A DNA stretch of 63,437 bases, filler included, from Collodictyon triciliatum (Eukaryota), in NCBI GenBank assembly GCA_043381765.1. It is 11 parts of 11 records of this genome, joined end to end, with 100 filler letters (N's around TTAATTAATTAA, not from the genome) between each part and the next. Parts side by side here need not be neighbours in the genome. Positions count along the whole stretch, not along the records: positions 1 to 6,758 come from JBHJMP010004264.1; positions 6,859 to 10,881 come from JBHJMP010004266.1; positions 10,982 to 17,737 come from JBHJMP010004267.1; 8 more parts are not named here. One strand, written 5' to 3'. The notes under the pieces were generated by a model, which did not search any database, was not told where the DNA came from, and was given only the letters and a program-made list of their open reading frames with translations. The position numbers were made by a program, and so were the translations under genes. Below, piece by piece: positions 1 to 17,609 of the stretch. The stretch's first letter is position 1. Every line of letters begins with the position of its first letter.

Positions 1-158
1 AAAAAAAAAAAAAAAAAACCAAAAAAAAACCCCCAACAAAAAAAAAAAAAAAAAAAAGGAAAAAAAAAAGAAGCTAAAATAACAACAAATTATAAATAAA
101 AAGATACGACTTTATTTTTTTCATTCACGAGGAGCTAATTAATTCCACCTTTATATAG

Positions 159-2152
159 ATCATAAATATTCCCTTTACTATCGGTTCATTCAAGAATTTA
201 AAATTACTCGATATTGCTGACAATAAAGTCTGTATATTTCTTGTTTCAATGCTATTTGCAACAAAGATCATTCTATGTATATATTCAATCATATAGTATT
301 GTTGCTTTTTATTTGTCTGTTCGGGGCATTAATATTTAAAATTTCTTTGAAATCTAAATGAATACATGATGGACAATAGGTCAAGAAGTTACCGGTGTGC
401 ATCGGGGACCTTGACAATCTCATTGATGGATTGCATATCGATAGGAACCATATCAAGAATATTCCAAAAGAAATTCTAGACTTGAAGTCTCAATACATTA
501 TGCACTTTTTGTACGCACTTAAATCAGGCTATCAAAGGAGAAATGAAGGTAGGCTTCTTCTTCTTGGAGAGACTGAAACCGGCAAGACGACGTTATTATT
601 ATCTATTGCTCAAAAATCATTGTTCTTCAAAAGTCAAGTTGAAGACCAAAGACTTAATACAGATGGAATAGCCAGGGCTGATATTGACCATTTGAGTATA
701 GGAGGTATATCACAACCCGAAATGGCAGTTAAGGTTTGGGATTTTGGTGGACGAGATGAATTTCAGGTTACACGCCCCTTTTTCTTATCATCTGGTGCAC
801 TGATTCTGCTCCTTTATCGCCTAGATCGCTCTTCAGAAGAAAACAAACTTGACCAATGGATAAAAATGATTGAGAAATATGCGCCACAGTCTTCGATTAT
901 AATTGTTGGGACACATCTAGATAAGAAAATCGAGGCATGTGTTACATCTATGCAAAAGAGCATCACTTCAATTCGGTCGAGACATCGTAATGTCACATTT
1001 TTAAATACTGATACGAAGATCAGTAATATGAATGGAAAAGGAATATCAGATTTGAAGCAAGTGATACACCAAGGAATGATTAGATTGGACAATTTTAATA
1101 CGATTATTCCATCCCCATACGAAACTCTTAAAAGATACTTGGAAATGGAGAAAAATACATTAATATTCATTCGCCTTGAGGCAGTGTGCCAGTATGCAGA
1201 TACATTTATCGGAATGAGTGAAAGAAAGTGCCACGCTGCTTTGAAATATTTCCACGAACAAGGTTTCATTTTGTGGTACCCCTCAGCTGAGAGGAGGAGC
1301 GACATCATATTCCTTGACACATATTTCTTGAATAATATATTTAGATGTGTCTTCAGCTTTAATGGCATAGGGAAGAGATCCAACGGAATCATAACATATG
1401 CGCATTTAAGAGCTAGACTTAGCTCTGGATTAGGTAAAACTGTCGATCAAACAGAGTTCCAAGATATTTTGAGACTATTTGAGTACTTCTGGTTAGGTAT
1501 CCATTTCAATCAAGAATGCATGGCGTTCCCTTCCTTGATGAATAGTATATCGAATATTAATCTAGTTTGGAGCGAAGCCCCAGAGACGCATTGCATCTCT
1601 GAAATTTCACTACAACTCAGAAGCCGCGACTATATTCACATATCAGACAGAGCAAAAGTAATTTGTCAAGCTATAGGATTTACAAGGGGCTGCTCCTCTG
1701 CTGCGCAGCACCAAAACCACTTTTTCAATAACCTAGCTCTAATTCATGTGAATATGTGTGCAGATTTCGAGACAACCAGACCCATGGGACAAGATTATGA
1801 CGACAGTTTTAAGCTGGTTTCTGGGCAGAATTTGCGAGTGCTGATTCATATCTTAGAACAGGACATTAGGATAACGGTGCGAAAGTATGACTATATGGAA
1901 CTCATACCCAACGACATCGACGCATTTGAAGTTTCAAATTACATTAAGTGGACTGTTTCTTCCACAAGACCAAACTTTATTGCCTCTTGTCATACTAATT
2001 GCTACATGTGTGAAAAGGAACAAAAGGAAGGAAGAATCAAAATTCCACTGAATGTAGATGATTTGTTTCATCCATATTGCTCGAAAGGTCATATTATTGA
2101 TGTTAATATCCTCAGAAGGGGCACGGTCTACTTGGAAGAATCTAGTATCTGA
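159..2152 (+). CDS. ROCO protein (LRR-Roc GTPase-COR), 5'-partial, no kinase domain
   Basis: Exon 159-227 (IINIPFTIGSFKNLKLLDIADNK, LRR-like) splices GT..AG to exon 380-2152. That exon has LRR-like VKKLPVCIGDLDNL, P-loop LLLLGETETGKTTL, G3 VWDFGGR, G4 IVGTHLD and COR-like LKYFHEQGFILWY. The C-terminus has CYMC...CSKGH, then TGA. Confidence 0.88.
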
Positions 2153-2164
2153 TATGTACCTTTT

Positions 2165-2267
2165 CCACCTGGCCACCAAGTAGCATTCATGCAAACGATG
2201 GCTAGCGAACCAAAGCCAACATCCCTACCATTCTGCTCAAAATTGAAAGTAAGAATAAAAAATAATA
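2165..2267 (+). mobile_element. 5'-truncated non-LTR retroelement copy 1 (family A)
   Basis: Flanked by a perfect 18-bp direct repeat ATCTGATATGTACCTTTT (2147-2164, 2268-2285). Ends in an AATAAAAAATAATA tail. Homologous to the reverse complements of 3588-3658, 9726-9778 and 44431-44535. Confidence 0.85.
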
Positions 2268-2359
2268 ATCTGATATGTACCTTTTAAGATGTATTTGTTT
2301 ATTTTTTTCCTATCGTGCTTTCAGTTTTTCAAAATGGTTTCACAAAAACTTGATTTCAT

Positions 2360-2430
<71 letters not shown>

Positions 2431-3587
2431 CCCAAAGCTCAACCAACAGTAAATTTTTCAAGTAGATCGAGTGGACAAGAAACATAATCATACATGAAAG
2501 AACCAGCAGGTAGAACTAGTTATGTTAATAGTAAAATGAGCTTTCGGACAAGTTTATTGCGCCGAGTATAAATACCGAAATGTTGCGATGAGAACATAAA
2601 CCACATAAAATAACCAAAACAAGCACGTGACAGAGGTAATTGATTCCATCATTCTCGAAAGTTGTTTTCTTTTAGACTGTTCTTGTTTTCATGGATTTGA
2701 GACTCTTTTCGGATTTTGGAGGAAAATATAACTTCAGCATGATGAAGCAAGATGCTGGCCACATCCTATGAGCCATGATAGAAATTGAATCAGAAGGTTG
2801 CATTAGATTGCTACGCGATATTGACATTTCGAAACAAGTACAGCAGGGTTCATTTACGTACAATTCACGTGTTTGAATTCGAGACATTATCGCTGACAAC
2901 TTAATAATTTTCGAAATCAAGTAAGGGTTGTTGAGTTTGGCATCGCTAGTTGCAGAGGTGAAATAAAGGTAGCTACAGAAATTAAACAAGGCCTGGAGTG
3001 GGAACAAAAGAGCACTGCCCACCGACAACCCCAGTAATTCATGAAGTTTCATCGAAACTATTTTAATGATGATAATGACGATGATGATGATAATGATGAT
3101 AATGATGATGGTGTTGATGTTGTTGTTTTTGGTCATTGAGATAAGCTTATTGCAGCGCAAGCCGTTGGGATGTCAATATGCTACACGTTGGTAGAGTCGA
3201 GCCCATTTGGGGGAGTGTGAATTTCAAACCCGAAGTCGAAGAAGCTGCGCTGATCTATTGACTTGCTCCAGATGAAGAGTTGCTGCCTTTTTTTAAGTAT
3301 CATGAGAACGCAGTCGAAGTCCTTATTTCCAAGTTAGAAAATAAGATAAAACAAAACAAAAGATGACAATTCTCCTACAGTTCCCTGTATCCCAGCGCTG
3401 CACACTCTTGAAAACTTCGGCACTCGGTGTTTTCTTCTTTCCTTCTATTTCTTCTTTCCTTCTATTTCTTCTTCTTTCTTCTTTCTTCTTTCTTCTTTCT
3501 TCTTTCTTCTTTCTTCCGTTTCTCTCTTTCTCTTTCTCTTTCTTCTTTTCCTCTCTTCTTTGTTTTCTTTTTTCCTATGCCTTGATT

Positions 3588-3658
3588 ATTTGTTTTTTTT
3601 TATTCTTCCTTTCAATTTTATGCAGGATGGTGATGTTGGCTTTGGTTCGCTAGCCATC
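3588..3658 (-). mobile_element. 5'-truncated retroelement copy 2 (family A)
   Basis: Plus strand reads TTTTTTATTCTTCCTTTCAATTTTATGCAGGATGGTGATGTTGGCTTTGGTTCGCTAGCCATC, matching copy 1 in reverse. Flanks are ATGCCTTGATT (3577-3587) and ATACCTTGATT (3659-3669). Confidence 0.8.
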
Positions 3659-3689
3659 ATACCTTGATTGGTGTTGTTTTCTTGTTGCT

Positions 3690-3745
<56 letters not shown>

Positions 3746-3833
3746 TTTTGTTGTTGACATTATTTTTTTTTTTTTTTGAAGAAAAAAGAAGCAACTATAA
3801 TTGAATCTTGGCCCTGAACTCCTGCTTCACACG

Positions 3834-6273
3834 ATGGACGTTGAACATCTGCCACCACCCTGGATTCTTTGCCCAGTTTGCATGGATGTCTTCGATCTAC
3901 CGCTTTCTCTCCCTTGCAGTCATGTCTTTTGTGCGTCGTGTATATGTCGGTTTGTCACTAACGTCGATGATACAATAAGCGAATCTTTTAGCTGCCCTCT
4001 TTGCCGCACTGCTGTTGAAACCAAAGGGTTAGGTGGAGCTCCTGTGTCTTCATGCTTTCTGATTGATACCAAAACTGAGTTGCTTGTTGAGGCTTTTCGA
4101 AAATCGAAGAGATGTACCAAAGAAAGACCTAGTGCCAACCCTACGGACATGTGCCATGAATTTTTTCAATGCAAATCAATCGCAATTGGGAGCTGTGCCA
4201 AAGGTTGTGGATTTTTTTGTCGCAAGTGCTTTGATGTCCACGTGCAAAATCCTGAGAACCAGAATCATGCCTTAGAGTAGGTCTTCGTTTGCTAAAACAG
4301 TAGAAAATGAGGCATGCAACTAAAATAATGAATGAATGGTTCAATATATCTATTTTTGTGAAACTATTTAGAAGTCAATGATGCTTACATATACTGATGA
4401 ATTGCCTCCTTCACGCATCCCCCGATAGAGATGCCGCAGCGAAAAGGGCATCAGAATGCAAGAACTTTTGTGGAAATGATGCAAACCATCTAGTTTTCAC
4501 AGAAAACAACTTCGAATTAATTTGCTCCAAGTGTCTTGGCGAGTTTCAAATGGTTCATCCCACAACAGAAAGCCTCCCGATGCAAGAAGGTGAGAAAGTT
4601 ATTATGGGAGAAGTTTTAAGAATCATGGTGGATTATGAGACCAAAATTGAGGATATAGAAAGGAGAAGGCAAAACTTGGAAGATATTGTGGACCGAGTAA
4701 GTTAAGAAACAAATTTTTCAATCAGTAAATCATAATAAATATTTTTCATTCTATGGATTTAGTTTAAGAGTGTAAAATTTATGTTTTTAAAAAAAGGGTG
4801 AGACAAAGAAAAACGAATTGAAAGATAATATCATGGAAAACATCGGAAAATTGAGAGAGAAAGCAACGCAGTTTTTGAAAGGCCTCCACGAGCTAGAGGC
4901 TCGATTGATAAATAAGGTATCTGGGTATTCAAATGTTATATGACCATGCATTTTATCAAGTTTTTTCAACAATATAGTTGGACAGCTTACACAGTAGGCT
5001 TTGGAAGGCAACAAAACTGGAGGCTGACGAATTAGCAACCATGGAACAGTCTTTGAGACATATGAAAAGTATTTGTAGTGAGTCACTGCGCCTTCATAAG
5101 ACGAGTCGAGATTTTACAGGAGTTAAATTGGCTATGAATTCTTGGCCCTCGATAGACAAAGGATTCGATATCTTGCACAAAAGAACCGAAGAGGTGAGGC
5201 AAACACAAATTATTTTGCTGGAAAGGATGAGAAAGTTTATCGAAAAAGGCACTCTTGATGAGTTCGAAGCAGTCACTGGTAAGATTATTTTCCGCTTTGA
5301 GTCTCATATCGACTTGAGGCTTGATATCATTAATGAAGATAGTATGTTGCAAGTCATTCAACCCAAAGCCAAGCATTTTTCAGGGAGATCTCTTGTCGGT
5401 TATAAACATCTGAAAAAAAGAGTTGGAAGCTATGGAAATCAACCTCTTCATTTTGGGTGGCCTTACGGGCTTGTTGTGCACCCAAGCACTGGAAACCTGT
5501 ACATCACAGAGCATCACAACCATCGTATCCAGATTTTGACACCTGAGTTAGATTTCGTGACAACAATCGGGCGCTCCGGGACTGCAGACGGTGAGTTTCT
5601 TTCTCCGTCTGGGATTGCAATATCAATTGACGGAATGATTGCTGTTTCTGATGACCATATCGGTGGGGATAAAGGACGAGTGCAAATATTTGACAGCAGC
5701 CACCGTTTCATCACATCCATCAAAAAAGGTCAAAAAGTGTCGGGTCGTGCTTCAGACAGCCAAGTATTCGACGGGTTTGACTGGCCGCGGGGTTTGACTT
5801 TTGACTTAGATGGCAATCTCTTTGTGGCAAACTTTCACAAAAAAAGGGTGGACAAGTTTAATGACAAGTTTGAATATGAACTTTCTTTTACTTTCTCGGG
5901 GTCTGGTGCGCAGGACGCTATTGAGCCTCACAATCTCTGGGTCAATGGAGACGGCCATCTGTGCATCCACGGGATCTCGGGGCACGCCATACTCTACGAT
6001 GCAAACGGCCAGTTTCTCAAAGCATTCACCGGTGTAAGGTTCTCCAGTCACTCTCACGGAGACGAGGGACCAGATGGAAGCATCTTCTTTACTGATTATA
6101 CAGAGCACAAGCTGTTTGTATGTTCTGCGCAAGGGGATTTGTTGATGGAGTTGGGCGGTTATGGGGTTGCAGATGGGCAGTTGAATCATCCACACGGCAT
6201 CTGCTTTGGCCTTGATGGGCAGCTCTATGTGCTTGAATGCGGAGGTAATCGAGTCCAGTCTTTTGGTCTGTGA
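3834..6273 (+). CDS. TRIM-NHL protein (RING, B-box, coiled coil, NHL beta-propeller), probable E3 ligase
   Basis: Exons 3834-4276, 4429-4696, 4797-4916, 4978-6273, all GT-AG and in frame. RING CPVC..CSHVFCASC..CPLC; B-box-like CHEFFQC..C..C..FCRKCFDVH..H; helical linker; NHL repeats (FGWPYGL..NLYITEHHNHRIQI, FLSPSGIAI, FDWPRGL, LNHPHGI..GGNRVQSF). Confidence 0.88.
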
Positions 6274-6547
6274 GTGGTTCCCTTTGGTTTATCCCCTTTT
6301 CCTGCCTCCTGCTTTGCTTTACTTCTGAAATAAATCCCAACAAATGAAAGTAAGTCAAGTGGAACGAACGGACAAAGGATTTAACTCTTCCATTTTGATT
6401 TTCTTTTTCTTTTTCTTTTTCTTTTTCATTTTGATTTTGATTTTGATTGACTTTGATTTTGATTTTGATTTTTCTTGTACCCAAATTATATATACGTGGA
6501 TAATTTGGGTACAAGAGTTCATCCTTTATATACCCCTATACCTTCCT

Positions 6548-6700
6548 AATGTGGAATTACAGATTTAGAAAGGAAGGTTCTAGGAGGTTCTATATCCATA
6601 TTTGTAATTTTAATTATCATAAATTCCGCATTTGGTAATATACTATTCTAGAATAATCTTTCCACATTTGTAATTTTAATTATTATAAATTCCACATTTG
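6548..6700. repeat. Short duplicated AT-rich unit with an inverted copy of its core
   Basis: CCA(T/C)ATTTGTAATTTTAATTAT(C/T)ATAAATTCC(G/A)CATTTGG occurs twice (~6596-6634 and ~6662-6700). AATGTGGAATT at ~6548 is the reverse complement of the AATTCCACATT core. Confidence 0.6.
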
Positions 6701-6758
6701 GCGCAATAATATTTTCCAGATATAGGTATGAGCGAATTTAAAAAAGAAATCAAGGTCA

Positions 6759-6858
6759 NNNNNNNNNNNNNNNNNNNNNNNNNNNNNNNNNNNNNNNNNN
6801 NNTTAATTAATTAANNNNNNNNNNNNNNNNNNNNNNNNNNNNNNNNNNNNNNNNNNNN
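6759..6858. other. Artificial contig linker (N44-TTAATTAATTAA-N44)
   Basis: Identical 100-bp linkers also occur at 10882-10981, 17738-17837, 24593-24692, 31447-31546, 38302-38401, 45155-45254, 51986-52085, 58834-58933 and 61178-61277. TTAATTAATTAA gives stops in all six frames. Confidence 0.98.
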
Positions 6859-6944
6859 CTTTTTCCTTGAGATCCTTTCAGTTTCGACAGTGCATTACAA
6901 GCTCGGTTATGCAATCATGATATCTTTTCTCTTTCACTCCTCGT

Positions 6945-7133
6945 GTTCTTGTTCTTGTTCTTGTTCTTGTTCTTGTTCTTGTTCTTGTTCTTGTTCTTGT
7001 TCTTGTTCTTGTTCTTGTTCTTGTTCTTGTTCTTGTTCTTGTTCTTGTTCTTGGTCTTGGTCTTGGTCTTGGTCTTGGTCTTGGTCTTGGTCTTGGTCTT
7101 GGTCTTGGTCTTGTTCTTGTTCTTGTTCTTGTT
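6945..7133. repeat. Compound microsatellite (TTGTTC)n/(TTGGTC)n
   Basis: Read directly from the sequence. Confidence 0.97.
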
Positions 7134-7250
7134 CAATACAGTATTGTCCGTCTGTAGCATAAACTTATAAACTAACGCTGTTGCGGTCTCTCATGACTAA
7201 ATAGCTTGCGTTGCAATACTGTATAGCTTTCTCGTCGTAGAGTTAAGAAA

Positions 7251-9588
7251 ATGCTCAAGGCTTCCACCGTCAGCATCGCGGTAGTCCTTGTCTTACTGAT
7301 GCTCTCTGTTGTTTGGAATATGGTGAGAACTGCTTCGGTGCATCACTTTTCCATCTTCAAGGATTTGGCGTTGTCCATAATGTCTTGTATTTTATCTAGT
7401 CCTCTTTAATTGAAATGGGAGAAAAGAAGAGCTCTAGCAAACTCCGACCTGTAGCTTGGTTGGATGCATACATCTTCTAAACGACGCAAGCGATATCTAA
7501 AAAGTACACCCTCAAATCCTTTGTGTATGGGATGTAGGACAAGACGTCTTCAACAAACCACCCCGAGCCGAATGTTTTTAAGGTGGCGGGAAATCCAAGG
7601 ATACCAAGAGTACGTTTTGGCATCTTTATAGCTTACCCGCCTCGTGTGTTGAATAATGAGGCTACCTCCCACATCTACAACTCAATAACTCGCCATATAT
7701 CATAGGCGCATCAGACACATTTATCCTTGAACAAGAAGCACAACAAAAGTTAGTACACAACCACACAAAATGAAGTCATGACACCCCAAAATGACTCTAT
7801 GTCTCGCTATGTACATATGAAGATTGTATAATGTCATGGCATGTCTTACCATGGCTAACACTGACCAAAACGACATGTTGATATTCTTACAATATAGAAC
7901 CCGAAGTACACAACAACACAATTACAGAGAAGCATGAAATATGCCAACTGAAAATAGAAACGGGCTCTTCGAGCAACACAGTATGCATTCTTTATTTTTT
8001 CTAAGATAAAGGTGGAATGATAGCAGCAGTAGTTTCTTTTCGTATGAGGCACTCCAATATGAACCTGGTGCATATTATGAAAAGAAATAGTATGCACAAG
8101 AGCAACCATTTTTTGATGAGCTGATTATCCAGAATCACAGTAGCTGTGGAGTACATTTACCCAAAGACTGTTACGGAAACCCTACTTACGAAGCAGACTT
8201 AAACGGGACTCTTCATACAGTCTGTCCATATTACGAACCAAACCTTAAGTAATAGACCTGTTTAGATATCATATCATGCTATTATGATGGTATATTGATA
8301 TGATCCTATCATAATACTAGTAGCATACAATGATGATATTTTTTCCAAAAAAAAATTACATTTATGAATTGATTCGTGGTATATTTCAATTATATGCCTT
8401 TTTTTGAACTACTACTTCGAAAGATTTTACAAAACAAATTGCAGTTTAAAGATATTTCAATTTTGATATCAGGAGATGCGGGCCGTCAATTTTTATTATA
8501 GGAGCCCAGAAGGCTTCTACAACTTCAACATTTGAATTTTTTATGAAACATCCCGATTTCCTTGCAGGAGAGAAAAAAGAACTGAAATTTTATCCTTGTA
8601 ACGCTGTCAACAACCCGTAAGAGGCTCTCAAACACTTGTTTATATGGACAGAAAAAATTGCTATGGATTTAATTACCGTTTTTGCGTTTACTTCGTTATT
8701 TTTATTATTTTATAACAACCACCAAGTAAAGAGGGGTTTTTTTAAAAAAAAAAAATCTATTTTTTTTCAGGGAGCTTCGAAAGATAAAATATCTCGGACT
8801 CTTTCCATCATGCAAGGTTTTTTTTTAGTACTCACAGTGCCTACGTTATTACCGGATGCATAATTTCTAGATAAATTGTGAAATTTTGGAGCCGTCATTT
8901 TTAAGTGGAGATGCGAGACAACTGCGTACTAATATCTATTATATATATATATATATGCTTCTGGGAAAAAAAGAACTGTGTAACAGGTGATGCCACTCCA
9001 GAATATTCAATGTCGATCAAAGTTGCCAGAACTTTAAAGCAAGACTGGCCAGAAGCTCGTATTCTTTATTTGATTCGCAACCCCGTAGACCGAGCATATT
9101 CAAATTATCGTATGGTGGTGAGAAAGAATATTACTGAAAAGAATTCTGATCTTGGTTCTTTTGCTGAAGAAGTCAACAAAGATTACAATTATGCTAGGAA
9201 ATATAACATTTTCGATGAAAAGGAAGGGACACTTGATATGGAAAAATTAGACACCCATAAGCATTTTTCAATTGTCGAGCGCGGTATGTACGCCAGTGTT
9301 ATTGAAGAGTGGGTAAACCTTTTTGGAAATAAGCAGTTTATGGTGGTGCTCTATGAGGATTTAGTTGACCCCATTAAACAAAGCTGCGTTTTAAGAGAAA
9401 TTTTTAACTTTTATGGGCTTCGGGTTGACAATCTATCAGAGAGCTTTTTTCATCTACCGCTGGCTAATATTGGAGGTGAAAATGAGATTGCCGACGGTAA
9501 AACAATTGAATTTCTTCAGGAATTTTTTAGACCTTTTAATCGACGCCTGAAAGCGGTGCTACAAAGGGATATACCTTATCCTATGTGA
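7251..9588 (+). CDS. Type II membrane sulfotransferase, heparan-sulfate 3-O/N-sulfotransferase-like
   Basis: First exon is a signal anchor, MLKASTVSIAVVLVLLMLSVVWNM. The exon near 8473 encodes the 5'-PSB loop PSIFIIGAQKASTT..HP..KKELKFY. The last exon encodes GDATPEY, 3'-PB ILYLIRNPVDRAYSNY, GMY..W..F and FFRPFNRRL. Internal 5' exons are approximate. Confidence 0.85.
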
Positions 9589-9725
9589 GAAAAATACGTT
9601 GTCACGAGACCAGGTTCTCGTCTGCCCAGAACTTTAATTAACATGAAGCACTTCCAAATTACATCCAGACAGCCAGATAATAAGCGTCTAAGTGAATAAA
9701 GCTTTTTTACGAGTTTTTAAATTGT

Positions 9726-9778
9726 TTTTTTATTCTTCCTTTCAACTTTTGTGCAGGACCGTGGGGATGTTGGCTTTT
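9726..9778 (-). mobile_element. 5'-truncated retroelement copy 3 (family A)
   Basis: 53-bp fragment of the family 3' end, flanked by perfect CGAGTTTTTAAATTGT repeats (9710-9725, 9779-9794). Confidence 0.85.
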
Positions 9779-10981
9779 CGAGTTTTTAAATTGTAAAATT
9801 TATTCACAAACCTGCTAAGAAATAGAGCATGTAGAAACTTTGAATCAACCATGTCCTTGACAAAAGGAGCCATATTTTCAAGATAAATTGATAGTTTTTT
9901 TTTCAATAGTTGATGGAGAAAAATAAAATCTTTATATTTACATTTGCCTCAAAAGATTTAACATTTTGTAGACGAGGTAGTGAAACCCCACAAACTGTGA
10001 CGTAGGCATTTTGTGTTTTGATTAGCGGAAAGGAATGAGAAAGGAGCGAGAAAGGAGAGAAATAGGGAATCTGGAGTTCAGAAATACAGGAGAAAAGGTG
10101 TTCTCACACGTAGTTTATTCTAATCAAATCTTTTCACCTCCACTGCGGTTCCTGATTGTGTTTGGGGTTAACAGAAGACTATAGAGTGGTCGAGTAAATG
10201 AAGGAGTGAGGACAGCGGATACTTTTCAAATGTATCGGGAAGATTAATTTCAATTCATCTGAGATAATTTTAAAAAAAAAATCACTCCAAAGGCCAAATT
10301 GTTTTTAGGGGACAACAGATCACTCTCCTTATGTTTCTTGCTGGGTGACTAAGTCAAAAAAAAAACGAGCTATCTTTGTTTTGTCTGGTATCAATAGAAG
10401 CGACTATTTACAGTCAAAAATGAATTCTATTAATCATCTTTAGGAATTGGGACGGGAAGTAGGAGGAGGACGAGGAGGAGGAGGAGGACGAGGAGGACGA
10501 GGAGAATACAATTGGCTTCCAGGAAAATATTATGGCAACAGACTGGATGGATTGGCGGTAATGGTGTTTTGCTATCCATGTGGAAAGGAGTCTCAACTAT
10601 ATGATGGATGAAATCTTATGACACTTTTCTAGTAAAATTCAAAGGCATACATCCCCAGTCTCAAACGGAGTAAAGAGAATACTCTAAAACTTGCACTAGC
10701 GCGGTGGAAGATTCTATATGAAAACTGTGAAATGTGCATGTCTACCCAACTACAGGCTGTTACGGGCCAACTGTGCTGAGATAGAGCAAAAGGCTTCTGT
10801 ATCATCAAGTCGAGAGAAGGAAACAGCTCCTTCGTCCTGCAACAAGTCGCTTTCCAAAAGGATGGGAGCTTCGCACCGTCGNNNNNNNNNNNNNNNNNNN
10901 NNNNNNNNNNNNNNNNNNNNNNNNNTTAATTAATTAANNNNNNNNNNNNNNNNNNNNNNNNNNNNNNNNNNNNNNNNNNNN

Positions 10982-16499
<5,518 letters not shown>

Positions 16500-17429
16500 T
16501 TCACTAAATTCGATATTTGACCTAAATGTTAGTGTCCATTCTTAATGGTGCTCTACTTTTCTAATTTTTTTCTTTCATTAAAAGAGAATAAAAATAAAAT
16601 AAAAAAAAGCTCCCTATAACCATTCAGAATATATCTATTTCATCATGTAATTTCGTACACATCCATCCTGGCTTACACACAGCCTGGATAGGCACTCTTT
16701 TCTATCCAACCATCTTTGTGTGGTATGGTTAATTAGTTATGTGAGTCCTCCTGCCCTCTTCCATATTCACATCAGTAATTACATTTTGAGTCATTTAAAA
16801 GGGCGTAGGCAACGTATAAAAAGGCACACTCGTTTGATTTGCCCAAGGTATTTCTTTTTTTCTCAGTCGGTCGCTAATGTGTGATTATGTTGCGTATCTA
16901 TTTTCGGATGTGTTAATCAATCGTAGGAGCACGTAGGATCTCCATACGCCGGGCCGTTCATAGAGATGATGCTTTTCTAGTCTCCGGTTTGCAAGAAAAC
17001 AACAAAGCTATCACATTCCAACAGCGGCAATTTTTAAGTGATTTCCCAGAGTCCAAACAGTATCTTCGTAGTCGTGGTGGGTCTTGCAGTGCGTCAATCT
17101 CCGAGTCAACATCCAAGTTGTGTGCCATTCTATTTGTTTGGCGTGCCCAACATGTTCACGGCCGCTTGGGATTCAAATAGTGTTTGTTTGGCTAGCTATA
17201 ATTACAGTATTGACTATTTAGGATTAATTTTCGGAGTTTGTCGGAATAAGATGCCGTCTCATCTGTGTCCGGATATGGATAATTGGTTCTAGAATGTTCT
17301 GTCTATATATGGAATTTAATAATAAGATTGTAACTTGCTTTCTTTTCCATTAATTAAAGACACTTATTCATTAAATCATAATTATTAACAAAATATAATT
17401 TAACCATATGATAATAGCAGCATTTTTAC

Positions 17430-17609
17430 CCGAATATTTTATTCTTTCGTCTCTTTGGCAATTGGTGAAGTGCAAGCCTGCCAAAAGTGTGTGGATGCAA
17501 CCACCTCGAAGCCTTGCCCGACACTCGCAGAAAATGTCCCCGCTCAAAAGCCCCAAAGATAATGCCTCGCTAATGTGCTGCACTGAAACTGGTATATACC
17601 GCACCTTAC
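17430..17609 (-). pseudogene. Exon-like segment with a SWIM-type CxC..CxH motif, possibly a transposon-derived relic
   Basis: AG..GT-bounded segment encodes GDIFCECRARLRGGCIHTLLAG. Downstream frames (17290-16950) contain stops. Confidence 0.3.

Noticed and set aside
730-760. Arg instead of Gln in the Roc G3 motif (WDFGGR) as a GTPase-dead mutation
   Set aside because: LRRK2 also has Arg here (WDFAGR), so it is within normal Roc variation.
2672-3160. 162-aa minus-strand ORF between ROCO and TRIM-NHL
   Set aside because: It partly runs through a trinucleotide repeat and shows no domain or splice support.
4917-4977. Possible U12 (minor) introns or a non-standard genetic code
   Set aside because: The GTATCT donor lacks the full RTATCCTT consensus and I found no AT-AC intron. 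All traced exons translate cleanly with the standard code, and genes end in ordinary TGA/TAA/TAG.
6803-6814. TTAATTAATTAA palindrome recurring about every 6.85 kb as a biological periodic element
   Set aside because: It is always centred in a 100-bp N block, so it is an assembly linker.
6890-7170. Low-complexity ORFs (poly-CS, FL, KN; likewise poly-I/V/Y/C at 13352-13760 and Phe-rich ORFs at contig ends)
   Set aside because: They are translations of microsatellites.
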